Below, piece by piece: positions 43,705-52,985 of a DNA stretch of 64,000 nucleotides. The notes under the pieces were generated by a model. The model was not told the DNA's origin. It saw nothing but the letters and a program-made list of their open reading frames with translations, and searched no databases. Source of the stretch: Rikenellaceae bacterium. Its GTDB lineage: Bacteria > Bacteroidota > Bacteroidia > Bacteroidales > Rikenellaceae. Within the stretch, counting starts at the first letter, position 1. Every line of letters starts with the position of its first letter. The stretch is taken from positions 12,285 through 76,284 of the forward strand of contig SUZO01000005.1 in assembly GCA_015059805.1 (NCBI GenBank). Reading direction: 5' to 3'. Position numbers and translations under genes: made by a program.

Positions 43705-43754
43705 TGTTTTTATAGCCGCATAGGGGTCGGGTGGCGCAAAACAAACTTACAATT

Positions 43755-44264
43755 ATGAAAAAATCGTTATTTATCGTTGCTGTAGCAATTGTTATGACAA
43801 GCTGTGTAGCACAAAATGCCAACACAACTGTCACCTATGCCTATCAAGAGTCGTCGGTGCGCATCCTTGAGCCTGAGCAGTCAATGCTACTCTCGCCTGT
43901 TATGGCTGACCTTGAGGTATCCAAATATAAGGTAACTCACACTGAACGAGAGGCATTTGTCAATGTATCTATCACACCAGCTGTGATTGAAAACATTGCA
44001 GAGTTCAAGAAAATCGCACTCTCACGCGCTGCAAAGGCTCATAATGCCGATGTGCTGGTAGGAACAATCATAGATGTTGCAACAGTAAATAAACGACTTG
44101 AGATTACTGTTTCTGGCTACCCTGCATATTACCGCAACTTCCGCACTGCAACAAAAGAGGATGCAGAGCTTGTAAAAGCAGCACTATCTGTCAAGAATCG
44201 AGATTTGGAGAGCGATATTGTAGCTTCACCATCTAACCGTTATGAACGCAAAGAGAGGAAGTAG
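43755..44264 (+). CDS. Hypothetical lipoprotein
   Basis: MKKSLFIVAVAIVMTSC lipobox-type signal peptide. Confidence 0.75.
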   Translation: MKKSLFIVAVAIVMTSCVAQNANTTVTYAYQESSVRILEPEQSMLLSPVMADLEVSKYKVTHTEREAFVNVSITPAVIENIAEFKKIALSRAAKAHNADVLVGTIIDVATVNKRLEITVSGYPAYYRNFRTATKEDAELVKAALSVKNRDLESDIVASPSNRYERKERK

Positions 44265-44265
44265 T

Positions 44266-44892
44266 ATGAAAAAGATAATTTTTTTAGCCATAGCCAGCTT
44301 ACTTACTGTTACCGCAACAGCACAACAACTTAAAACAGCTCAAGGAATTACCACAATAACAACCATTGAAAAGCCAAAGAAGCCAAAGGAGCCAAAGAAA
44401 ACCCTTGCTCCCATTGAACGAGGCTTTGAGCAGTCGGTGGAGGTAGGTGTAAGTCCTGTTCTTGATGACGGTGAGTACTTTCTTAATTTAGAGTATATAG
44501 CAGGATATAGGTTTAATAACTATTTATTTCTTGGAGGTGGTACAGGATTGGAATGGTATATAAATGGTGGAGCTCTTGCTATACCGATTTATGCAAATGC
44601 CCGAATCTATCTACTCCCCAAAAGTCGTTGGCAGCCATTTGTCTCATTATCATTGGGTGCTTTAGTTCCTACTGAAGAAGATGGCATTCGTTATGACTAT
44701 AACTACGACGGCACCCAGCTTCATATTAATCCCACCATTGGTGTAAATTACCGAATCAGCAACAAATATAGTTGCTATCTAAATTTAGGTTATATACCAA
44801 GATGGAGATGGAGATATTACTATAGTGGATATTATAATGTACGAGAACACGACGACCACTGCTTAACCATTCGTCTCGGTTTTACATTCTAA
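44266..44892 (+). CDS. Outer-membrane beta-barrel protein
   Basis: Signal peptide, alternating aromatic beta-strands, C-terminal RLGFTF. Confidence 0.8.
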   Translation: MKKIIFLAIASLLTVTATAQQLKTAQGITTITTIEKPKKPKEPKKTLAPIERGFEQSVEVGVSPVLDDGEYFLNLEYIAGYRFNNYLFLGGGTGLEWYINGGALAIPIYANARIYLLPKSRWQPFVSLSLGALVPTEEDGIRYDYNYDGTQLHINPTIGVNYRISNKYSCYLNLGYIPRWRWRYYYSGYYNVREHDDHCLTIRLGFTF

Positions 44893-44910
44893 TAGAGGCT
44901 GTTCCGCCTA

Positions 44911-45040
44911 TAATTTGTTGTCAAAATGCGGTAGATGCTGTTGCTCGGCAAAAATCCCAGCGATGGATAGTACAGTAGCGTACAGCCATTGCTGGGATTT
45001 TTGTTAGCGGCAGCAGGTGCCGTATTTTCACAACAAATTA
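44911..45040. repeat. Dispersed ~130-bp palindromic element, copy 1
   Basis: Terminal IR TAATTTGTTG/CAACAAATTA; core GCTCGGCAAAAATCCCAGCGATGG...CCATTGCTGGGATTTTT shared with 59183-59310. Confidence 0.9.
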
Positions 45041-46780
45041 CAGGTTGAGTTCTGCCTTAATAGCCTCCATCTTAGCATCCAGAGCTGCCTGAACTTCGTC
45101 AAACTGCTCTACAGAAGGTAGGGTAGCCTTAACACCGAAGTAGAACTTAATCTTTGGCTCGGTACCTGAAGGACGTACAGAGACCTTTGTGCCATCAGCA
45201 GTAACCCACTGAAGAACATTGCTCTTATCCTCAATGCCCTCAATAGCCGACTTAACACCTGAAACGGTATCAAGCACCTCAAGGGTCTTATAGTCATAAA
45301 TCTGAACCACTGGTGAGCCGAGAATTGTCTTTGGAGGGTTCTCGCGGAACTGAATCATCATATTCTGAATCTGCTCAGCGCCATCCTTACCCTTGCGAAC
45401 AACATTTACAAGGCTCTCGCGGTAGAAACCGAACTTAACATAGAGGTCCTGCAGCCACTCATAGAGTGTCATACCCTTTGTATCACGGCACCAAGCAGCA
45501 GCTTCAGCAGCGAGTGAACAAGCTGATACGCCATCCTTATCGCGTACATAAGAGCCTGCGAGGTAGCCAAATGACTCCTCACCACCACCGATATAGGTGT
45601 GCTTACCCTCCTGCTCGCGGATAATCTTTGCGATGTACTTGAAGCCAGTGAGGCAGTTATAGCACTTAACACCATAGTGAGCAGCTACTGCATCTGGCAT
45701 CATAGAGGTTACGATAGTCTTTACTACATAGTCACCCTCCTTAATAAGACCGAGCTCAGCCCAACGGGTCAGCTGATAGCACATAATAAGCACAAGGGTC
45801 TGGTTACCATTAAGAAGCACATAGTCACCCTTGCCAGTTCTCAGGGCAACGCCAAGACGGTCAGAGTCTGGGTCTGTAGCAAGAACGAGGTCTGCATTCT
45901 CAGCCTGCGCAAGGTCGATAGCCATCTGCATAGTCTTACGCTCCTCAGGGTTTGGAGAGGCAACGGTAGGGAAGTTGCCATCAAGAACGCACTGCTCCTT
46001 TACGGTAATAACATTCTTAAAGCCGAAGTTTGCCAGTGAAGCAGGAACAAGGTTTACACCAGCACCGTGAAGTGGAGTGTAGACAATCTTCAAATCGGCA
46101 TTATTTGCCACACACTCAGGAGAGAGTGACAGAGCCTTGATAGCAGCAAGGTACTTCTTGTCAAACTCCTCACCAAGAATTGTGATATTCTCTGGATTTC
46201 CACCAGTAAGTACCTGACTAACCTCGGTAATCTTCTCTACCTCCTTAATAATATTAACATCGTGCGGAGAGGTTACCTGTGAACCATCTGCCCAATATGC
46301 CTTATATCCGTTATACTCCTTAGGGTTGTGAGAAGCGGTAACCATAACACCACTCTGGCAACCGAGCTCACGAATAGCAAAGCTAAGCTCTGGAGTTGGA
46401 CGCAACGCATCAAAGAGGTAAACCTTAAAGTCGTTTGCCGCAAAGATGTCAGCTACACGCTCAGCAAATAGGCGAGAGTTATTACGAGAGTCGTGCGCAA
46501 TAGCGACCTTAATCTCCTCGCCAGGGAAGTTGATTTTCAGATAGTTAGCAAGACCCTGTGTAGCAAAGCCGACGGTGTAGTTATTCATACGGTTTGTACC
46601 CACACCCATTATACCGCGCAAGCCACCGGTACCAAACTCAAGATCCTTATAGAAGCTCTCAACCAACTCATTGTGGTCGTTCTCCATAAGATGACGCACC
46701 TGCGCCTTTGTAGCCTCGTCGTAATCTCCATCAAGCCACGACTGAGCCTTTGACTGTACTAATTGATCTAAATTACTCAT
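45038..46780 (-). CDS. Phosphoglucomutase/phosphomannomutase
   Basis: FGTGGLRG, TASHNP, DPDSDR, GEES and RPSGTEPK motifs. Confidence 0.95.
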   Translation of the reverse strand: MSNLDQLVQSKAQSWLDGDYDEATKAQVRHLMENDHNELVESFYKDLEFGTGGLRGIMGVGTNRMNNYTVGFATQGLANYLKINFPGEEIKVAIAHDSRNNSRLFAERVADIFAANDFKVYLFDALRPTPELSFAIRELGCQSGVMVTASHNPKEYNGYKAYWADGSQVTSPHDVNIIKEVEKITEVSQVLTGGNPENITILGEEFDKKYLAAIKALSLSPECVANNADLKIVYTPLHGAGVNLVPASLANFGFKNVITVKEQCVLDGNFPTVASPNPEERKTMQMAIDLAQAENADLVLATDPDSDRLGVALRTGKGDYVLLNGNQTLVLIMCYQLTRWAELGLIKEGDYVVKTIVTSMMPDAVAAHYGVKCYNCLTGFKYIAKIIREQEGKHTYIGGGEESFGYLAGSYVRDKDGVSACSLAAEAAAWCRDTKGMTLYEWLQDLYVKFGFYRESLVNVVRKGKDGAEQIQNMMIQFRENPPKTILGSPVVQIYDYKTLEVLDTVSGVKSAIEGIEDKSNVLQWVTADGTKVSVRPSGTEPKIKFYFGVKATLPSVEQFDEVQAALDAKMEAIKAELNL

Positions 46781-46989
46781 TTTAGAATTTTTTATTATTT
46801 AGTTTTAATATAGGTTTTTCTTATAGCAAAAGTATTATTGATACTTAAATTCTCATAATGCAAATATAGTGAAATTTTTTCTATTATTCATTATCAGCGA
46901 GTTAAATTTTACTTCATTTTTTTCTGCCGCTTTTCTATAAAATAAAAAATCAAATAAACAATAGGGTAGAGGTTTTTTTTAATATAAAT

Positions 46990-46998
46990 TTATTCACA
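46990..46998 (+). promoter_or_regulatory. DnaA box in the dnaA promoter region
   Basis: TTATTCACA fits TTWTNCACA and overlaps a -7-like CAACTTTG; autoregulation is inferred. Confidence 0.5.
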
Positions 46999-47084
46999 AC
47001 TTTGCATTGTCAAAATAAAGCCCTTAGTTACAAGGTCTCTTACGACAAACCACTCACATTGATAACGTACTGATTACCAATTAT

Positions 47085-48500
47085 ATGCTCACTACTACTG
47101 TCGCATACAAAGACGCTTGGCAAAACTGCCTGAGTCAAATACAGGCACAAACCTCCGCCGAGGAGTTTGCCAAATGGTTTCTTCCCATCGTACCTCTTGA
47201 GTTTGATGGTTCGAAGTTGCGTCTACGTGTGCCAAGCAAGTCCTTTGTAGACCAGATAGAGGAGCGATATATAAATGTACTACGCCCGCTTATTGCTCAG
47301 AGCTTTGGTTGTCAGACTCGTCTATGTTATGCTGTGCCTAAGAGTGAGCAACAGACCATTCAGTCGGCAACTAACAGCACAACTCAGAGCGTTCCTACAC
47401 GTATCAACCCTGCAAATATACAAAATCCTGGCTTAATAATCCCAGGAATTGTACAGAAAGTTGCTCCGAGGTTTGATCCACAGCTTAACCACAACTACAC
47501 CTTTGAGACATTTATTGAGGGTGAGTGCAACCGCCTTGTGCGCTCTGCGAGTATGGCTGTAGCTGTAAATCCTGGCAATAGCACACCATTCAACCCTTTA
47601 TATATATATGGTGATTCAGGATTGGGCAAAACTCACGTAGCGCAGGCTATCGGTAACGAGATTAGCATGCGCCACCCAGAGTTGCAGGTGCTTTATGTGG
47701 CTATGAGCAAGTTCCAGTCTCAGTTCCAGGCGGCAACTATTGAGAAGAACATTCCAAACTTCATCCACTTCTATCAGGGTGTAGATGTGCTTATTCTTGA
47801 TGATATTCAGGAGCTCTCTGGCAAACCTGGTACACAGAATGCCTTTTTCAACATCTTCAACCATCTGCAGATGTCTGGCAAGCAACTTGTACTTATCTCA
47901 GATAAGCCACCAGTAGAGTTAAAGGATATTGAGGAGCGACTACTTACACGCTTTAAGTGGGGTCTATCTGCGCAGATTCATATCCCAGACTACCAGACAA
48001 AGATTAAGATTATCAACGCCAAGGCGGCTCGCTTAGGTGCTGAGATACCAACTGATGTGATTAACTACCTTGCCAACAACATCTCGGCAAATATCCGCGA
48101 GATTGAGGGTGCAATATCATCACTTGTTGCCAACACCTCCTTTATGGGCAAGAAGATTACAATCTCGTTAGCCAAGGAGATTCTCAAGGGTTATATCTCA
48201 CTCTACCAGAAGGAGATAACCATTGACCACATTATTGACACCATTTGCGAGCAGATGGGTGTTGATAAGCAGCGACTGCTCTCTGCAGAGAGAACGCGCG
48301 AGGTGGCTATAGCTCGTCAGATAGCGATGTATCTTGCAAAACAGCTAACCAAGGTGCCACTCACAGCCATCGGAACAGCCTTAGGAGGTCGCAACCACGC
48401 AACGGTACTCCACTCATGTAAGACAATTACAAATCTCATGGAGACAGACCAAGCCTTTAAGCTTCAGGTTGAGGAACTTGAAAAAATTGTATCGGCATAG
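47085..48500 (+). CDS. dnaA: Chromosomal replication initiator
   Basis: FNPLYIYGDSGLGKT, DDIQ, RLLTRFKWGL and GGRNHATVLHS motifs. Confidence 0.97.
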   Translation: MLTTTVAYKDAWQNCLSQIQAQTSAEEFAKWFLPIVPLEFDGSKLRLRVPSKSFVDQIEERYINVLRPLIAQSFGCQTRLCYAVPKSEQQTIQSATNSTTQSVPTRINPANIQNPGLIIPGIVQKVAPRFDPQLNHNYTFETFIEGECNRLVRSASMAVAVNPGNSTPFNPLYIYGDSGLGKTHVAQAIGNEISMRHPELQVLYVAMSKFQSQFQAATIEKNIPNFIHFYQGVDVLILDDIQELSGKPGTQNAFFNIFNHLQMSGKQLVLISDKPPVELKDIEERLLTRFKWGLSAQIHIPDYQTKIKIINAKAARLGAEIPTDVINYLANNISANIREIEGAISSLVANTSFMGKKITISLAKEILKGYISLYQKEITIDHIIDTICEQMGVDKQRLLSAERTREVAIARQIAMYLAKQLTKVPLTAIGTALGGRNHATVLHSCKTITNLMETDQAFKLQVEELEKIVSA

Positions 48501-48532
48501 CAATATGTCGATTTTTTTGTATCTTTGTCACG

Positions 48533-49432
48533 ATGGATCAGCCAAAACTTGAACGACTGCTTCGCCTGATGAAGCTACTGACAGCAAATGTTGAGTACTC
48601 GGTAGATGATATTGCCGAGCGACTTGATATGTCACGCCGTACAATCTACCGCTACATAGATAGCTTCCGCGAAGCGGGCTTTGTTATCAAGAAGAGCCGC
48701 GGCTGCATCCGCCTTGACAAGGAGTCGCCACACTTTAAGGAGATCTCTCAACTGGTACACTTTACCGAGGAGGAGGCTGTAATTCTTCGTCGCGCCATTG
48801 AGAGCATTGACGATACAAATCTACTCAAGCAGAACCTCAAGCGCAAGCTATACTCTGTCTACGATAGCCGCACCCTTGCCGACACAATTGTCAAGGGTCG
48901 CAACTCAACAAATGTTCACTCGCTCATTGAGGCTATGGAGAGTAAAGTGCAGGTTATTTTTCACAGTTATCAATCCTCGCGTTCTATTCGTGACCGCAGG
49001 GTAGAGCCATTTGCTTTTACCACAAACTATGTCAATGTATGGTGCTACGATATTGAGGATAACCGCTGCAAAATCTTCAAAACAGCACGTATAGGCTCTG
49101 TAGAGGTAACATCGACCGAGTGGCAGCATGCGGAGCAACACAAGGAGGGGTTTATTGACATTTTCCGCATGATTGCACAGTCTGATGCAGAGCTAATACC
49201 AATTAAGTTGAACCTTGGTCGCCTTGCATACAATCTTATTCTTGAGGAGTATCCACTCTCTGAGAAGCATATAACACAGCTAAGCGAGAGCCTTTGGAGG
49301 CTTGAATGCAAGGTGGCAAATCTGCAAGGTGTCGCCCGTTTTGTGGTGGGACTTTTAGACGATATAGATATTAGCGAATCTCCTGAGTTAAAACAATATA
49401 TTACAAATTATATAAACCAATACTTCAAATAA
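48533..49432 (+). CDS. HTH-WYL domain transcriptional regulator
   Basis: N-terminal HTH (IAERLDMSRRTIYRYI); WYL-domain pattern (RRVEPF...WCYD...KIFKTARI). Confidence 0.88.
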   Translation: MDQPKLERLLRLMKLLTANVEYSVDDIAERLDMSRRTIYRYIDSFREAGFVIKKSRGCIRLDKESPHFKEISQLVHFTEEEAVILRRAIESIDDTNLLKQNLKRKLYSVYDSRTLADTIVKGRNSTNVHSLIEAMESKVQVIFHSYQSSRSIRDRRVEPFAFTTNYVNVWCYDIEDNRCKIFKTARIGSVEVTSTEWQHAEQHKEGFIDIFRMIAQSDAELIPIKLNLGRLAYNLILEEYPLSEKHITQLSESLWRLECKVANLQGVARFVVGLLDDIDISESPELKQYITNYINQYFK

Positions 49433-50925
49433 TGTTTCGTATTATTTTAACACTTTTGCTACTCTTTTCCGTTTCATGTAGCAAGAACGACATTGACCGC
49501 GCTGATAACACGCCAAACAAAGGCGAGCAGAATGACAACAACGGCAATAATAACAACGATGACAACACTGGTGGCAACGAGAACAACCCTGGTGATGAGA
49601 ACGACAAACCTATTGAGTGGGGTGATGAGCGTAGCTATGTCTTTGACCTAAGTTCTCTGCCAGAGGTTCGCATGACAATCTCGCTTGACGAGTGGAATCG
49701 TATGCTCTCAGAGTACGACAAGGACAACAACACCAAGGAGTACTTCCACTGCGATGTTGATATGAAGATTAAGGGCGAGAGTCACATTGTAACCGATGCT
49801 GGTGTACGTCTTAAGGGTAACACATCCCGTCGTCGCCCAGAGGGTGGCAATGGTAGCCACGTAAAGGATAACGCCGACTGGCAGCACTGCCACTTCCAGT
49901 TCAACTTCCGCAAGTACAACAAGGATGAGGAGCATACTATTCGCGGCATTCGCAAGATGTACCTCAAGTGGTTTAAGGACGATGCAGCATATTGCCGCGA
50001 AATCTACTGCTACGACCTCTTCCGCCGCTTTGGTGTCTGGACAGCTATTGAAAACTGCTACTGCCGCCTCTGGATACACGTAGAGGGCGACACTAAGCCT
50101 GCATACTACGGCATTTACGAGATGAACGAGACCGTTGACGACACCTATCTCAAGATGCGCAAGGATAAGTTTGGTAGCCACAAGGGTAACCTCTGGAAGT
50201 GCAACTGGGGCGCATCGCTCAACTACGACCGCGACAAGAACGCAAGCATGGGCGAGAGTGATGGTAGCTATGACCCAGTGTACGAGGTGGAGGAGATAAA
50301 TAGCGACTTGAGTGTTGCTAAGAGCCAGCTACTGCACTTTATGAAGCAGTTGCGCGACCTTAAGGGTCAGCAGCTCCATGACTGGTTGGGTCAGGCTATT
50401 GACATCAATCTCCTTCTGCGTACGTACGCCGTAAATGTCGCTGTGGGTATGTGGGATGACTACTGGAACAACACCAACAACTTCTACATCTACTTTAACT
50501 CTACAGACCCTGCAAACTACAAGTTCTACCTTATTCCGTACGACTACGACAACACCCTCGGCACAAGCCACAACTGCGGTGTTCAGAACGACTCTGGTCG
50601 TCACGATGCGCTTAATTGGGGCAATAGCGATGTTTCACCACTGCTTGCCAAGATTCTTCAGTTTGACGACTACAAGAAGATATATATTGATGCACTCAAG
50701 GAGCTTTGCAGCAGCAATGGACACTTCTACTACACTACATCTATCGCACGCATAAAGAGCTGGCACTCAATGATTAGCAACTATGTAGACAACGACACAG
50801 ACGAGGATACAAAGATTAAGGACCGACCAGCAGGCTGGGGCAACCACTCCGAGTATCGCCTCTGGGAGTCCACAGACGCTAACACCAACTGGTTCAGAGT
50901 CCGCGCAGCCTCAATGCCAAAGTAG
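49432..50925 (+). CDS. CotH kinase family lipoprotein
   Basis: Lipobox SVSC, Asn-rich linker, RLKGNTSR, YGIYEMNE, WDDY..N.NNFY and IPYDYDNTLG motifs. Confidence 0.85.
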   Translation: MFRIILTLLLLFSVSCSKNDIDRADNTPNKGEQNDNNGNNNNDDNTGGNENNPGDENDKPIEWGDERSYVFDLSSLPEVRMTISLDEWNRMLSEYDKDNNTKEYFHCDVDMKIKGESHIVTDAGVRLKGNTSRRRPEGGNGSHVKDNADWQHCHFQFNFRKYNKDEEHTIRGIRKMYLKWFKDDAAYCREIYCYDLFRRFGVWTAIENCYCRLWIHVEGDTKPAYYGIYEMNETVDDTYLKMRKDKFGSHKGNLWKCNWGASLNYDRDKNASMGESDGSYDPVYEVEEINSDLSVAKSQLLHFMKQLRDLKGQQLHDWLGQAIDINLLLRTYAVNVAVGMWDDYWNNTNNFYIYFNSTDPANYKFYLIPYDYDNTLGTSHNCGVQNDSGRHDALNWGNSDVSPLLAKILQFDDYKKIYIDALKELCSSNGHFYYTTSIARIKSWHSMISNYVDNDTDEDTKIKDRPAGWGNHSEYRLWESTDANTNWFRVRAASMPK

Positions 50926-51020
50926 GAAAGTAAAGTTTACTTTACATATTTCCCCTATAAAATTTGCTTTATAGGGGATTTTTATTTAGTTTTGTGGTTG
51001 AAACTCAAGATTATACAACG

Positions 51021-51407
51021 ATGAAAGAGCCGCTCAAGTCTAAACTCAAGCGAGCAGCGATATATATGCTCGGCTTCTCGGCAACGCCATTATTTACCGC
51101 CTGCTACGGTGTCCCAACCGCCGACTACGAGATAGACCCCTCACCATTTGACGACATCAGCGGCGTGGTGTATGGTAGTGACACGAATGCACCCATACCA
51201 GGCATTAAAGTTAGTGTACCTGCTTTAGAGATTAGCACAACCACTGACAGCGAGGGTAGGTATCATATCTCCCACCATTTTGAAGCCTCTACAAGGGTTC
51301 GTTTTGAGGATATTGACGGCAAAGAGAACGGCGAGTACTTCAATAATGCCGATATAGCCACAAGCGCAAATCACCTCTACACCAATATCACCCTGCGAAA
51401 AAAGTAG
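51021..51407 (+). CDS. Small lipoprotein with CYGVP motif and carboxypeptidase-regulatory-like domain
   Basis: FTACYGVPTADY, then ISGVV..PIPGIKV..TTTDSEGRY and FEDIDG..NG. Confidence 0.7.
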   Translation: MKEPLKSKLKRAAIYMLGFSATPLFTACYGVPTADYEIDPSPFDDISGVVYGSDTNAPIPGIKVSVPALEISTTTDSEGRYHISHHFEASTRVRFEDIDGKENGEYFNNADIATSANHLYTNITLRKK

Positions 51408-51556
51408 CGCTTCGCAAATACAATTATCAAAGTTATATACAAAAGGGTAGAGACACCATCAATAACACAACTGGACAATACCTCTAAAAAAGCTAATAGC
51501 CAAAAGCAAATGGCTAATGGCTAAAAATTTTGCACATTTTTTTGCACAAAAAAATC

Positions 51557-51577
51557 TTGTGACACAACCTGTCACAA
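51557..51577. promoter_or_regulatory. Perfect palindrome TTGTGACA-N5-TGTCACAA (candidate operator)
   Basis: 8-5-8 inverted repeat just upstream of a -7-like TTACTTTG and the gene at 51635. Confidence 0.65.
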
Positions 51578-51634
51578 AACGGTGGTTACTTTGCACTCGG
51601 AAACAAGAAGTATAACCATTAAAACCTTAAAATT

Positions 51635-51844
51635 ATGGGAGCAAGTTACAAGATTAAGTGCAAGCACTGCGGAACTGAGTTTTTACACATTGCAGATGAT
51701 GACTTTGGCGTGATTCGCGCCTGTGTAGGGTGTGAGTGCAGCATTGAGACCGAAGCGCCTATTTTCTGTCCGAGCTGCAGAACAAGACTCAACCGTACTC
51801 AAGAGGAGCTTGAGGGACAGATTGAGACTATTATGACTTGGTAA
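51635..51844 (+). CDS. Small Cys-rich zinc-ribbon-like protein
   Basis: CKHC, CVGCEC and CPSC in 69 aa; typical AT-rich start context. Confidence 0.75.
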   Translation: MGASYKIKCKHCGTEFLHIADDDFGVIRACVGCECSIETEAPIFCPSCRTRLNRTQEELEGQIETIMTW

Positions 51845-51971
51845 ATTGAAAAAAAAATCTTAACTTTGAGTGCAAAATGTTGTTTGTTTTATTTATAAGC
51901 TCTCTTTTGCTCCTTTCGGTAGCAAAGCAGATGTTTGAAATTGAGTAAATATATATTAAAAGTATAAAGTT

Positions 51972-52970
51972 ATGGCAGAAGTTAATCCAGAGAAACTAAA
52001 AGTTCTAAAGGCTGTGATGGATAAGATAGAGAAGGACTTTGGTCGCGGTTCTATCATGCGCATGAGCAGCGAGCAGGTTACAGACATTCCTGTTATTCCA
52101 TCAGGCTCTATAACCCTTGATGTCGCACTTGGTGTTGGCGGTTATCCAAAGGGTCGTGTTATTGAGATTTACGGTCCAGAGTCATCTGGTAAGACTACAC
52201 TGGCTATCCATGCTATTGCCGAGGCGCAGAAGCAGGGTGGTATTGCCGCCTTTATTGATGCAGAGCACGCCTTTGACAGCTACTATGCACAGAAGCTCGG
52301 CGTAGATGTTGAGAATCTGCTTATCTCACAGCCAGATAATGGCGAGCAGGCTCTTGAGATTGCCGACTCACTTATTCGCTCAAGTGCGATAGATATTATT
52401 GTTATTGACTCCGTTGCAGCGCTTACTCCAAAGGCAGAGATTGAGGGCGAGATGGGCGACTCAAAGATGGGTCTGCAGGCACGACTGATGTCACAGGCGC
52501 TCAGAAAGCTCACCGCAAGCATCTCAAAGACCAAGACCGTCTGCATCTTTATCAACCAGTTACGCGATAAGATTGGTGTTATCTACGGCAACCCAGAGAC
52601 TACCACTGGCGGTAACGCTCTTAAGTTCTACGCCAGCGTACGAATTGACATCCGCAGAACATCCGTTATCAAGGATGGTGAGGAGCAGCTCGGAGCTCGC
52701 GCACGCGTTAAGGTTGTGAAGAACAAGGTGGCACCTCCATTCAAGAAGGCGGAGTTTGATATTATGTTTGGCGAGGGAATCTCAAAGCTTGGCGAGATTA
52801 TTGACCTTGCAGTAGACTACGGAATTATCAAGAAATCAGGCTCATGGTTCTCATACGGAGAGACAAAGATTGGGCAGGGTAGAGATGCCGTCAAGGATTT
52901 CCTCTCAAACAACGAGGAGATTTGCGCCGAGGTGGAGGCTAAGGTCCGCGAGGCGATGATGGCAAAATAG
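51972..52970 (+). CDS. recA: Recombinase A
   Basis: [21 protein letters not shown] and [10 protein letters not shown] motifs. Confidence 0.99.
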   Translation: MAEVNPEKLKVLKAVMDKIEKDFGRGSIMRMSSEQVTDIPVIPSGSITLDVALGVGGYPKGRVIEIYGPESSGKTTLAIHAIAEAQKQGGIAAFIDAEHAFDSYYAQKLGVDVENLLISQPDNGEQALEIADSLIRSSAIDIIVIDSVAALTPKAEIEGEMGDSKMGLQARLMSQALRKLTASISKTKTVCIFINQLRDKIGVIYGNPETTTGGNALKFYASVRIDIRRTSVIKDGEEQLGARARVKVVKNKVAPPFKKAEFDIMFGEGISKLGEIIDLAVDYGIIKKSGSWFSYGETKIGQGRDAVKDFLSNNEEICAEVEAKVREAMMAK

Positions 52971-52985
52971 AGTTTTTAATTACAA

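Noticed and set aside
46781-47084. oriC directly upstream of dnaA
   Set aside because: Only one clear DnaA box in about 300 bp that must also hold two divergent promoters; the 56-kb region is a better candidate. Not excluded.
48533-49432. WYL gene as a marker of an anti-phage defence island
   Set aside because: Neighbours are dnaA, CotH and recA; no nuclease, restriction or other defence genes are adjacent.
49500-49610. AAC/GAC-rich low-complexity tract as a DNA repeat element
   Set aside because: It encodes the Asn/Asp linker of the CotH lipoprotein.
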